Below are positions 49,767 through 59,384 of a stretch of 64,000 nt of DNA, in pieces; position 1 is the first letter of the stretch; each line of letters begins with the position of its first letter. The position numbers and the translations under genes were made by a program. Under the pieces are notes generated by a model. It saw nothing but the letters and a program-made list of their open reading frames with translations. It did not search any database and had not been told where the DNA came from. This DNA comes from a virus, in the IMG/VR virus record IMGVR_UViG_3300035661_000056, positions 3,658 through 67,657 of that record. One strand, 5' to 3'.

Positions 49767-49842
49767 TGGTTCGCTGACTCGGATTTGAACCGAGGTCTTA
49801 CACCTTAAAAGGGTGATGTTATAACCACTTAACTATCAGCGA
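49767..49842 (-). tRNA. tRNA-Lys(UUU)
   Basis: Loop CUUUUAA, CCA. Confidence 0.9.
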
Positions 49843-49966
49843 GTAATTCACGATTTTTTGCACCTCGTGTAGCTTTAAACGGCTTACGGTGCGCCCCTGC
49901 TTTTCTAAACTTTGCTAGCGGTACGCAAGGGTTACGCTTCGCTAGCACTCGTTTTGCTGTTTTCAT
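49829..49966 (-). CDS. Small basic protein overlapping the tRNA-Lys 5' end
   Basis: 45 aa MKTAKRVLAKRNPCVPLAKFRKAGAHRKPFKATRG... Confidence 0.5.
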   Translation of the reverse strand: MKTAKRVLAKRNPCVPLAKFRKAGAHRKPFKATRGAKNRELLADS

Positions 49967-50601
49967 TTGAAATTCTAAAAATTAAGTAAAATGTGCCCAC
50001 TACTGCAAGGAAGCAAGCTACTGAGATAGTCTTTAGTAGATAACCGAAAGCTACTAACATATTAGTGTATATTAGTATGAATTTCTCTAGAAACTGGTGT
50101 AGTTTTCCAGAAGTTTATATACTCAGGATAATGCCATAGTGACTCAGTTGGAGTAGGAGTAGAATTAAACTTTGGGATTTTTTGCTTATCAATTGTAAGT
50201 GTTACTTCATGGTTAGGATCAAGTGATTCTAAAATTTTAATTGCTTCTACTGCGCGCATCATCTTTCTTTCTATACTCTTCTTCAATTTCACGCTGCAAC
50301 ATAGCTACTTTACGTGCAACAGAACTACTAAGAGGACGTTCGTCTTGTTCTACAAGAGCTCGTTTAAGTTCTCTTTCCAGTTTTCTAATATATTTCATTG
50401 GTTGCTTTGTTTTAAGAAATAAAAATTAGTCAATATAAGGAATACCTATTAATTTACAATACTCTTGTTTTAAGAGGTTAAATATAGCATCTGAACGGTT
50501 TCTACGAATAGTTGATATATAGGACCGATTAAGGTGTAATCGTCTTTGAAAGCGTGTTTTCTTCATTTTATATGCTGCTTTAACTAAGGTTAATTATATT
50601 T

Positions 50602-50676
50602 TGGTGGAGAATATCGGTAACGATCCGATCTGGCTGACTCCGTGCAAAGGAATCCCGGGTACCCTGCCCATCCCCC
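50602..50676 (-). tRNA. tRNA-Ala(UGC)
   Basis: G3-U70, loop UUUGCAC, T-loop AUCGUUA, CCA; atypical D-arm. Confidence 0.8.
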
Positions 50677-50848
50677 ATTTAATTTAGTACTAGTTTACTG
50701 CCATTAAGCCCTAAGTTTGCTTGAGGTTTCGACGCTCGCTATATCTTAGGATCAACACGCTTTACAGGTCTACCGGCCGGATACTGCTATTTCTCTGTGT
50801 TGCAAGGGGCTCGAATGAACCAGCCCGAGCTAGTACTAAATTAAATGT
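50676..50848 (-). ncRNA. Unidentified multibranched RNA between tRNA-Pro and tRNA-Ala
   Basis: 18-bp closing stem CATTTAATTTAGTACTAG with internal helices GGGCU/AGCCC, CAACAC/GUGUUG, CCUAAG/CUUAGG. Confidence 0.5.
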
Positions 50849-50877
50849 AGTAAGTTTAAAGCACCTACTAGCTTTAT

Positions 50878-50953
50878 TGGTCAGTTTGGAGAATTACGAT
50901 ATCTCGACCTCATGCTCCCAAAGCAAGCGCTCTTCCACCTGAGCTACAAACTG
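50878..50953 (-). tRNA. tRNA-Pro(UGG)
   Basis: C1-G72, loop UUUGGGA, T-loop AUCGUAA, CCA. Confidence 0.85.
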
Positions 50954-51016
50954 TTCTATTCTATTAAATATTATACACTTATGTAATATGAAATGCAAGT
51001 GTAAATTTTTACACCC

Positions 51017-51325
51017 TTACCAGTAATATACATGAGGTTTATGCCCAAGATCAGGAAAATCAAAATCTTCTAAATCTTCGATATCAATGGACTTAACTAC
51101 AGCGACTTCTAGTAAACGATTCGAGCGGCGTTCAGGACGAGTCATCATTAGTCTAGTCCACCAAGAAGGTGTAGACATCCAATGATCTTCTGTATCTACT
51201 TCTTTACGCTTCTTTGTTTTCTTAGTAGGGGAATCAATATATGTGTACCTATCTAGTTTAATCAAGTCAATATCCCAAGGTTCTGGGTTAAATTTACGAG
51301 GCCTGTCTTTATACGTTCTAGACAC
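51017..51325 (-). CDS. Hypothetical protein
   Basis: GTG start after AAGGAG; SRTYKD...TPSWW...RPERR...KPHVYYW. Confidence 0.6.
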   Translation of the reverse strand: MSRTYKDRPRKFNPEPWDIDLIKLDRYTYIDSPTKKTKKRKEVDTEDHWMSTPSWWTRLMMTRPERRSNRLLEVAVVKSIDIEDLEDFDFPDLGHKPHVYYW

Positions 51326-51450
51326 AATATGCTCCTTTATTAGGAAGGTCTTGCATAGAAGTACCAATACTTAAAACGTAATGTGCTTATTAAAGATGAA
51401 TAGCAAACCTACATGCTTTTTAAGGTTAGAATCTCTAATACACCACTATA

Positions 51451-51684
51451 TTATTTTACTAAGGGCTGATTTTTAAGTACACTTACTGCCAGGATTACAT
51501 TATCCCATTCTTCAAAAGAGATACGAATTTGATTCGCATTATTGTTTGTATCATCTTGCTCAAATACTAAAAACATTCCTGCACAATCATCATCCAGTTT
51601 AATACGAATGCCATGTCCAAATATGGGACTATCATCTTTTTGCCCAACTGATATTTGAGTTATTGTATTGTATATGTTAGTCAT
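51451..51684 (-). CDS. Hypothetical protein
   Basis: ATG downstream of tRNA-Leu; the longer track ORF runs through tRNAs. Confidence 0.55.
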   Translation of the reverse strand: MTNIYNTITQISVGQKDDSPIFGHGIRIKLDDDCAGMFLVFEQDDTNNNANQIRISFEEWDNVILAVSVLKNQPLVK

Positions 51685-51698
51685 ATTGTTTAGGATGT

Positions 51699-51785
51699 TG
51701 GTACGAGAGACGGGACTTGAACCCGTAAGCCTTTTATAGCGGCAGATTTTAAGTCTGCTGAGTTTACCTATTTCTCCACTCTCGC
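51699..51785 (-). tRNA. tRNA-Leu(UAA)
   Basis: Loop CUUAAAA, long variable arm, CCA. Confidence 0.92.
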
Positions 51786-51810
51786 AAATAATATAGTTAA
51801 GAAAACTAAG

Positions 51811-51892
51811 TGCGGAAGACTGGATTCGAACCAGCACGCCACAAGGACACGAACTTCTAAGGATCGCAAGGCTACCATTACATCACTTCCGC
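51811..51892 (-). tRNA. tRNA-Leu(UAG), no encoded CCA
   Basis: Loop CUUAGAA; acceptor stem extended by ~13 bp of flank pairing. Confidence 0.8.
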
Positions 51893-51917
51893 ACTTAGTT
51901 TTCTTTAAAGATTTAAT

Positions 51918-52005
51918 TGGTGGATGCTGATGGTAACGATCCATCGGAGTGCAAAAGCACGTTCGGGTTACAGCCGAAACCGCCTCCTTAACGGTATAAG
52001 CATCC
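51918..52005 (-). tRNA. tRNA-Tyr(GUA)
   Basis: Loop CUGUAAC, long variable arm, T-loop AUCGUUA, CCA. Confidence 0.85.
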
Positions 52006-52372
52006 GTTAAACTATTTATTAAATGCTAAACAATCTTACTAAAACTTTCGCACCCTATTATGACAGTAATTACCCAATAATTTTACTACGCAGTTTCTAG
52101 TGATTCTGCCCTCACTGTACTAAGCTAATAACCATTACCGAATAACTAGTAGCCACTCATTGCTAGTCACTTTAGGTTAGATTTAGTTAGAGGCAAACTA
52201 ACCTTAGCATTTAATAAATAATTCTTAACAAGAATTATAACAATTTCTAATAACTATTTCAAGTAAGAAAATCTGAGGCTCACGGTGCGTTCTATTATAT
52301 AGGCTTAGCAATTATTATTGCGTTTTAGCAAAGGTGATACGCTTTGTGTTTTTAGCCTCAGATAAGTGTATA

Positions 52373-52400
52373 TTATACATGATATGTATGACAGATGCAA
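52373..52400 (-). promoter_or_regulatory. sigma70-type promoter
   Basis: TTGCAT-17bp-TATAAT with A-tract upstream. Confidence 0.7.
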
Positions 52401-52622
52401 GTCTATTTTTTTAATGCTTTAAGGACTTTAATTACACTAGCATCTAGTGATGTTTATGTACGAAACTTATCTTTCCTACTTTATCCTTTACTTTAGCCAT
52501 TATTTAATCCATCCATACTTGCCAGTTAAACAATAACCACCAAGGCACTTAGTGTGCAGCATATTTTCTCTGTTTAAGTATTAATTATACAATGTTTAAG
52601 CAGAATAATCAAGTTTAAATTT

Positions 52623-52697
52623 TGGCACGTCTTGCAGTACTCGAAACTGCATTTAGAATTTAGGAAATTCTCGTGTTATCCGTTACACTAAAGACGT
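52623..52697 (-). tRNA. tRNA-Arg(CCU)
   Basis: Loop UUCCUAA, CCA. Confidence 0.85.
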
Positions 52698-52703
52698 GTA
52701 TTT

Positions 52704-52778
52704 TGGCCGCCCCAGACAGAATCGAACTGCCATTTAGGAGGTAGAAGCTCCCTGTATTATCCATTATACTACGGGGCG
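52704..52778 (-). tRNA. tRNA-Arg(UCU)
   Basis: Loop CUUCUAC, CCA. Confidence 0.88.
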
Positions 52779-52949
52779 GTACATTTAGTTCATTTGCTAG
52801 AAATTTCTTAATCACATATAAATAAATTAAGTCTTAATACTAAAAGTATAGGATAAAGTTTCTTTTATCTTCTTTAAGCTAAGGATTCTATATGTATCTG
52901 CCATCCAAATAGGTATACTTATGATAATAGTATATACCTCTTACACAGT

Positions 52950-53771
52950 AGTATTCTTAGTCACAGCTGCCCACAGTTCAGTGTGCTTGTCAAGCAGTAC
53001 TAGCGCAGCACGGTATTCCTGACCCTAGTTATTATCACCTACTATATGTCAAGTGCAGCCTCAAAATTGTCACGAGTATCAAAAAAGCAGCTGGCTTGTA
53101 ATACAATATCTGTGTTAGTGATATATGCTTGGATGTAATAACCGCGTGATCCAATAGGATCAATGTGTAAAAATCGGATGTTTGTCAATGATCTTTCTAC
53201 TCCACAGATAGATATTCCTTAGACTGATACCTCTCAGGTTATCTCTACTCAGGTTAGCACCGCTTAGGTCAGTACCCTTTAGGTTGGCACCACGCAGGTT
53301 GGCACCACGCAGGTTGGCACCACGCAGGTTGGCACCACGCAGGTCGGCATCGCCCAGGTCGGCATCGCATAGATCAGCACCACGTAAGTCAACACTACGT
53401 AGATCGGCATCACTTAGTATGGTATCTCTAAGGTTGACACAATATAGGTTAGCACCACACAGGTTGGCACCACGTAGATTGGTCTTGCTTATTAGAGCAC
53501 AGTGAAGATTAGCATCACGTAGGATGGCACCGATTAGGATGGCATCGCGCAGATCGGCATCGCGCAGATCGGCACCTCGTAGGTCAGCATCACGTAGATT
53601 GGCACCACATAGATTGGCACCACGTAGATTGGCACCACTAAGATCAGCATCACTTAAGTTAGTTTTTGCTGCTACTGCTCTTTCAAGCGTACATAGCAGG
53701 GTATCATCATCGTTACCCTCAAATATAACGTAGCCAGTCCAGCGATTTTTAATTTGAATGTTTTTTGTCAT
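52950..53771 (-). pseudogene. Pentapeptide-repeat protein copy 5; C-terminal domain frameshifted and decayed (ORF 53160-53771)
   Basis: Repeats intact; downstream DNA still matches PIGSRG.YIQA.IT...FFDTRDNFE...DKHTELW out of frame, with stops. Confidence 0.8.
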
Positions 53772-53827
53772 TCTAGAATTCTTCAAGGTAAGTGTACAAA
53801 ATAACTTATATATGTAGTGTCATACTT

Positions 53828-54628
53828 TTACGCAACAGTATTCTCAATCACAGGAGTCCATAGTTCAGCATGCTTGTCGATCAGCATCAGTGCAACGTGA
53901 TACTCCTGACCATAGTTATTACCCACATGCTTTGTATTAAGCATCGCCTCAAAATTGTCCCTAGTGTCAAAAAAGTCCCCTGCCTGTATCATCACTCCTG
54001 CGTTAGTGATCCATGCTTGGATGTAATCACCATGCGGTCCAATAGGACCAATACTTAAAACTGGGCGTGGACCTACGAGCTTTCTACCATGCATACGGGC
54101 ACCACTAAGAACGGCACTACTTAAGTCTGCACCATTTAACACAGCATTACTTAGATCAGCATCATACAGGTCTGCGTCATACAGGTCTGCACCACGCAAG
54201 TCAGCACCGCTTAGGTCAGCGCCCCTCAAGTTGGCACCATACAGGTTGGCCCCATACAGATCGACACCTCTTAGAACAGCACAGCTTAGGTCAGCACAGC
54301 TTAGGTCAGCACCTCTCAGAAGAGCTCCGCTTAAGTCAGCACTACTCAGGCCGGCATCGTCCAGATAGGCACCACTCAGGTTGGCACAGCTTAGGTTAGC
54401 AGTATCCAGATAGACACCCTGTAAGTTAGCCCCCCGCAAGTCAGCACCATTCAAATTAGCCCCATACAGGTTAGCTGTGCTTAGGTCTGCACCGCTTAAA
54501 TCAGCACAGTATAAGTCAGTTTTTGCTGCTACTGCCTTTTCTAGTGTGTCCAGTAAAGTATCATCACAGGCACCCTCAAATAGAATATAGCCAGTCCAGC
54601 GATTTTTAATTTGGATATTTTTTGTCAT
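53828..54628 (-). CDS. Pentapeptide-repeat protein copy 4
   Basis: MTKNIQIKNRW leader, A(D/N)Lxx repeats, intact C-terminal domain. Confidence 0.9.
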   Translation of the reverse strand: MTKNIQIKNRWTGYILFEGACDDTLLDTLEKAVAAKTDLYCADLSGADLSTANLYGANLNGADLRGANLQGVYLDTANLSCANLSGAYLDDAGLSSADLSGALLRGADLSCADLSCAVLRGVDLYGANLYGANLRGADLSGADLRGADLYDADLYDADLSNAVLNGADLSSAVLSGARMHGRKLVGPRPVLSIGPIGPHGDYIQAWITNAGVMIQAGDFFDTRDNFEAMLNTKHVGNNYGQEYHVALMLIDKHAELWTPVIENTVA

Positions 54629-54679
54629 TTTAGAATTCTTCAAGGTAAGTGTACAGGTTATTTCTGATAGTAGTATCAC

Positions 54680-55456
54680 TCTTTATACAAAGGCGGACTC
54701 AATCTTATGGGTCAATCATTCATAGCGCTTGTCGAGTAGCACTAATGCAACATTACTACCCCTAGTTATTGTATACATACTTTACAGTAATTTCAGTATA
54801 AAAGTATCCAACTTATATCATCACGTGTGTATCAGGTATCATGTATGTAGTCACAACATGATCCAATACTTAAACCGGACGCTTATCAATGAGTTTTTAC
54901 TTCACAAGTTAACATCACACAAGTTAGCACCACGTAGATGAGCACCCTGCATATCAGCACCACGCAGATCTGCCTTATATAGATCAGCATCTCGCAGGTC
55001 AGCACAACATAGGTTGGTATTACGTAAGTAGGCAACACGTAGATAAGCACCACACAGATCTACATCGCGTAGGTCAGCACCACTTAGGATGGCACCGCAT
55101 AGGTCAGCATAGCTGAGATTTGCATCTCGTAGGTTAACGTCGCTTAGGTTGGCACCATGCAGGTCAGCACCATGTAGGTCAGCACCTCTTAGATCAGCAC
55201 CTCTTAGATCAGCACCAAACAGATTGGCACTGCTTAAGTTTGCGCAGCGCAGATCAGCATCACGTAAATCAGCATCACGTAAATCAGCATATCGCAGATT
55301 GGCACTGCTTAAATAGGCCCCATGAAGGTCAGCCCCGCTTAAATTGGTTTTTGCTACTGCCTTTTCAAGTGTGCACAGCATGGTAGTGTCACCACTATCA
55401 CCCTCAAATAGGGTGTAGCCAGACCAACGATTTTTGATTTGGATGTTTTTTGTCAT
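54680..55456 (-). pseudogene. Pentapeptide-repeat protein copy 3; C-terminal domain decayed (ORF 54902-55456)
   Basis: Stop at end of repeats; 54680-54900 is a degraded copy of the C-terminal domain. Confidence 0.75.
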
Positions 55457-55491
55457 TTTAGGGTCTTTTTAAGATATATAGCGTCTTGCTA

Positions 55492-56217
55492 TTATGCAAG
55501 AGTATCTTCAATCACAGGTGTCCACAGTTCAGTGTGCTTGTCGATCAAGATCAATGCAGCACGGTATTCCTGAATATAGTCATTATCTCTATGCTTTGTA
55601 TTAAGCACCCCCTCAAAATTGTCACGAGTATCAAAAAAGTCCTCAGCCTGTATCATCACTCCTGCGTTAGTGATCCATGCTTGGATATAATCACCACGCG
55701 AGCCTATTGGCCCAATACTTAAAACTGGGCACTTACCTATGAGCTTTCTACACCCCAGTTCGGCATCTCGCAGGTCAGTACCACTCAGGTTGGTACTGCT
55801 TAGGTTGGTACTACTTAGGTTAGCCCCACGCAGAATAGCACCGCTTAGATTTGCACCATATAGATTTGCACCATATAGATTTGCACCATATAGATTGGCA
55901 CCGTATAGGGTAGCGCCGCACAAGTCGGCACTGCATAGATCGGTACCTTGTAGGCTAGCACCACGTAAATCAGCACCACGTAAATCAGCACCACGTAAAT
56001 CAGCACCATACAGATTGGCACTACTTAGGTCTGCACAGCTCAGGTCAGCACAGTATAGGTTAGCCTCATACAGGTAGGCACCGTGCAGATTAGCACCGTG
56101 AAGATTGGTTTTTGCTGCTACTGCCTTTTCTAGAGTATCTAGCACGGTATTATCCTTATCACCCTCAAATAGGGTGTAGCCAGACCAACGATTTTTAATT
56201 TGGGTATTTTTTGACAT
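55492..56217 (-). CDS. Pentapeptide-repeat protein copy 2
   Basis: Same leader, repeats and C-terminal domain. Confidence 0.9.
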   Translation of the reverse strand: MSKNTQIKNRWSGYTLFEGDKDNTVLDTLEKAVAAKTNLHGANLHGAYLYEANLYCADLSCADLSSANLYGADLRGADLRGADLRGASLQGTDLCSADLCGATLYGANLYGANLYGANLYGANLSGAILRGANLSSTNLSSTNLSGTDLRDAELGCRKLIGKCPVLSIGPIGSRGDYIQAWITNAGVMIQAEDFFDTRDNFEGVLNTKHRDNDYIQEYRAALILIDKHTELWTPVIEDTLA

Positions 56218-56273
56218 TCTAGAATTCTTCAAGGTAAGTGTACAAGTTATTTTGTATGTGTAGCATTCCGCTT

Positions 56274-57074
56274 TTACATAAAAACGGACTCAATCTTAGG
56301 TGTCCACAGTTCGGTATGTTTATCAATCAATACCAGCGCAGTGCGGTATTCATGTCCATAGTAGTTATCCCCATGCTCTACATTAAGTGCAGTCTCAAAA
56401 TTATCACGAGTATCAAAAAAACACCCAGCTTGTACCATTACTCCTGCATTAGTGATCCATGCTTGGATATAATCACCACGCGAGCCTATTGGCCCAATAC
56501 TTAAAACTGGGCGTGTACCTACGAGCTTTCTACCATGCAGGTTAGCCCCCCTCAGGTTGGTATTGCGCAGGTCGGCACTACTTAGAAGGGCACCACTTAA
56601 GTTAGCATTGCTCAGATTAGCGTCACGTAGGTTAGCGTTACTCAGATTGGTACTGCTTAGGTCAGCATCACGTAGGTCAGCATAACGCAAGTCGATGCAA
56701 TTCAAATCAGCACCGCTCAGATCAGCACCGCTCAGATCAGCACTGCTCAGAAGAGCTCTGCTTAAATTGGCACTACGCAGGTCAGCATTACTTAGGTTTG
56801 CATCGTCTAGGTAAGCACCACTCAAGTTGGCAACACTTAGATCGGCATTGTCCAAATAAGCACCATATAGGCTGGCACCTCGCAAATCAACTCCACTTAG
56901 GTTGGCATTACTTAGATTGGCACCACGTAAGTTTACACCACGCAAATCGGCCCCATACAAATCGGTTTTTGCTGCTAGTGCCTTTTTTAGTGTGCACAGC
57001 AAAGTATCACCACTATCACCCTCAAAAAGGATACCCCCAGTCCAACGGTTTTTGATTTGGATGTTTTCTGTCAT
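56274..57074 (-). CDS. Pentapeptide-repeat protein copy 1
   Basis: Same leader, repeats and C-terminal domain. Confidence 0.9.
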   Translation of the reverse strand: MTENIQIKNRWTGGILFEGDSGDTLLCTLKKALAAKTDLYGADLRGVNLRGANLSNANLSGVDLRGASLYGAYLDNADLSVANLSGAYLDDANLSNADLRSANLSRALLSSADLSGADLSGADLNCIDLRYADLRDADLSSTNLSNANLRDANLSNANLSGALLSSADLRNTNLRGANLHGRKLVGTRPVLSIGPIGSRGDYIQAWITNAGVMVQAGCFFDTRDNFETALNVEHGDNYYGHEYRTALVLIDKHTELWTPKIESVFM

Positions 57075-57097
57075 TTTAGTGCCTATATGTATTTAAA

Positions 57098-57313
57098 CAA
57101 TAATTATAGTATATTTTGATAAAGATTTCAAGTAAGAATAAATCATTCTGAAATAGACGAGCTTATAATAAGGTTATGTTGCGTATAATATCGTCTACTA
57201 GTATATTAGGAAACTAAATATATGTAAACTATATTTAGTTTCCTCGTGTATTCAAGCAATAATTATAGTATATTTTGATAAAGATTTCAAGTCAGAATAA
57301 AGCATTCTGAAAT
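57098..57313 (-). promoter_or_regulatory. Duplicated promoter (two ~55-bp direct repeats) upstream of the pentapeptide array
   Basis: CAATAATTATAGTATATTTTGATAAAGATTTCAAGT at ~57098 and ~57257 = TTGAAA-17-TATAAT on the minus strand. Confidence 0.75.
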
Positions 57314-57498
57314 CGGCTTACCTATTAATATGCAATACAGCCTTTATCTTAATATACTGTAAGATTTTTAAATATAATAATTAGTACATTATCTAAGCCA
57401 ACATGACTTCTAATATTGTGTCTTAGTTCAATACATACAATTGTTGTAAATGATTGTAACATTCTTGTACTGTATACAAGCATATTGCACAAGCTGTG

Positions 57499-57720
57499 CT
57501 AAAATCTCATAGTATCTAAATCATCACATATTCTACAATATGCACTGCCCTCTACCTGAAATATAATATTATTTTTTGCTACCCAGGTATTACAATTATC
57601 ACATCTAGTAATATCTAACATATCCGGATCTGCGTATTCTGGGTCAATTCCTAGAAATTTACATGTTTCTGTAAAAGTCTTTCTAGTATGTTTTAATTCT
57701 GCCGTTAACCTTTTATACAT
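57499..57720 (-). CDS. Small zinc-finger protein
   Basis: CDNC...CRIC. Confidence 0.6.
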   Translation of the reverse strand: MYKRLTAELKHTRKTFTETCKFLGIDPEYADPDMLDITRCDNCNTWVAKNNIIFQVEGSAYCRICDDLDTMRF

Positions 57721-58010
57721 TCTCTTGACTCTAGCTCCATTAACAAATCAATATAGTGTTTAGCTTTTTGTAAATCTGCAATACCATTTTTAGACTTCCA
57801 CCTAAAAATATACTTAATAACATTAGCCTCACAAAATGGTATATTATTAGCGTGTATAAATTCTATTGGTTGAATTTTAGCTTTTTTATAATGATCTCCA
57901 TTAATCTGTAAATCCAGTGCAGAAGTATTGGCATGCTCCACTTTAGGAGAAGTAATCACTTCTGGATTTCTATCCTTAAAGTTTTCTAGGTTTATATATG
58001 TTGTGCTCAT
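57705..58010 (-). CDS. DUF3310 / T7 gp1.7-like nucleotide kinase
   Basis: GDHY..IQPIEFI...NVIKY..R...KNG..DL.KA.HY. Confidence 0.88.
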   Translation of the reverse strand: MSTTYINLENFKDRNPEVITSPKVEHANTSALDLQINGDHYKKAKIQPIEFIHANNIPFCEANVIKYIFRWKSKNGIADLQKAKHYIDLLMELESRECIKG

Positions 58011-58327
58011 GGCTTTAATAATGCAGGTACTTTCTTTTCTTTAGTTATTTGGTCAAGTAATCTATGATCTATATCTTTAAGAGGGTCTTTAATTCCTTTT
58101 GCTAGCTCTTGCAATTTATATGCAGGCAATAGTTTATTTATAATAAGTAATTCTAATTCACGAGTATAAGTATAGGCCATAATATTCCTTTGTTTTCTTA
58201 TATTATAGCATTAAGAAAACATGCCTGCAAGTGTAAATTTTTATATGCTTTGGCGCATAAAGTATAACAAAAACTGTCTTGATTTTCTCTATCTTTTACG
58301 GTATAATAAACAATCGAAAGGAATTTT

Positions 58328-58690
58328 ATGCAACAATTATTAAATGAATTAACTAGTGGGTTCATAGAAATCCAAGCGGACGGAACTAGTATGACTAAGG
58401 CACCTTCTTTATTAACACTAAGAGCTTCTAGAGCAATTAAACAGCTTGTAGATCAAAATAATCAACATATTGCTTCTATTGAAAGTTTACAAGAGCAGTA
58501 CCTTACGCAGCATTCTACAATACAAGCGTATCTAGACCAAATTTACCAACTAAAGGAAGATAATGAAAGTTTACGCAAAAATCAACGGAAAACTAGCGAT
58601 GTGGGAAACAGTGGGCATGACAATTCAAGAAAGCATAGAAGCAGTGAGGAAGGGGGCCAAACCAAAGTCGGCAATCCTTGTACTAGTTGA
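58328..58690 (+). CDS. Hypothetical coiled-coil protein
   Basis: AAGGA RBS; promoter TTGATT-17-TATAAT at 58279-58307. Confidence 0.6.
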   Translation: MQQLLNELTSGFIEIQADGTSMTKAPSLLTLRASRAIKQLVDQNNQHIASIESLQEQYLTQHSTIQAYLDQIYQLKEDNESLRKNQRKTSDVGNSGHDNSRKHRSSEEGGQTKVGNPCTS

Positions 58691-59106
58691 AAAAGACTCT
58701 AACAGCAAATCTAGTGCTGCTTAGTTTTTCTTTGGCAAATTTAAATGTACCAACATTACCAGATATAGACGAACTAAATTGCTTAGCGGCTAATGTATAT
58801 TATGAAGCTAGAGGAGAACCATTTGAAGGGCAGGTTGCTATAGCTAAAGTAACCCTTAACCGTGTAGCGGATAAACGGTTTCCTAAAACTATATGTGAAG
58901 TAGTATTCCAGCCCAATCAATTTAGTTGGACTACTAAATATAAACAAATAGTATATACACAGCAATCATTGGAGGCATCATATATAGCATTAAACTCTAC
59001 AGTGCAATTTGACTCTCTCTACTACCACGCAGAATATGTAGCACCTAAATGGAAGCTACAATATGTGGCAAAGGTAGGTAAACATATTTTCTATAAAGAC
59101 GTATAA
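58687..59106 (+). CDS. SleB-like cell wall hydrolase
   Basis: CLAANVYYEARGE, V.LNRV...FP..ICEVV.Q..QFSW, YYHA, GKHIFY. Confidence 0.92.
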   Translation: MKKTLTANLVLLSFSLANLNVPTLPDIDELNCLAANVYYEARGEPFEGQVAIAKVTLNRVADKRFPKTICEVVFQPNQFSWTTKYKQIVYTQQSLEASYIALNSTVQFDSLYYHAEYVAPKWKLQYVAKVGKHIFYKDV

Positions 59107-59384
59107 ACAATCATGTTAGTAACTGAAATCTCCCTAATTCCTCCGGTACCTCCGGTATATAAATCTACTAAAATTAAAGAACCACAATGTGAATTTTGTG
59201 GTTCTTTAATTAAACCTTTCTGTAAAACTGACTGTAGCTGTCATAAAAAACAGTGCACTAAAATCGCAGAAACAGCTATTATAAAGGCAAAAAATGAATA
59301 ACTGGTTTTGTAAAATTAAAGGACATACTGCCTATTTACTTATACTAAGTGTATCTATCTTTTCATTAATCATTATTATTAAGT

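Noticed and set aside
50704-50713. Pistol ribozyme-like TAAGCCCTAAG
   Set aside because: The upstream hairpin loop needed for the pseudoknot is absent
52950-57074. Diversity-generating retroelement (repeated C-terminal domains as TR/VR)
   Set aside because: No reverse transcriptase in the window; differences include indels and are not confined to adenines
53284-57096. Plus-strand ORFs with RRLAP/RRSAS repeats
   Set aside because: Antisense shadows of the pentapeptide repeats
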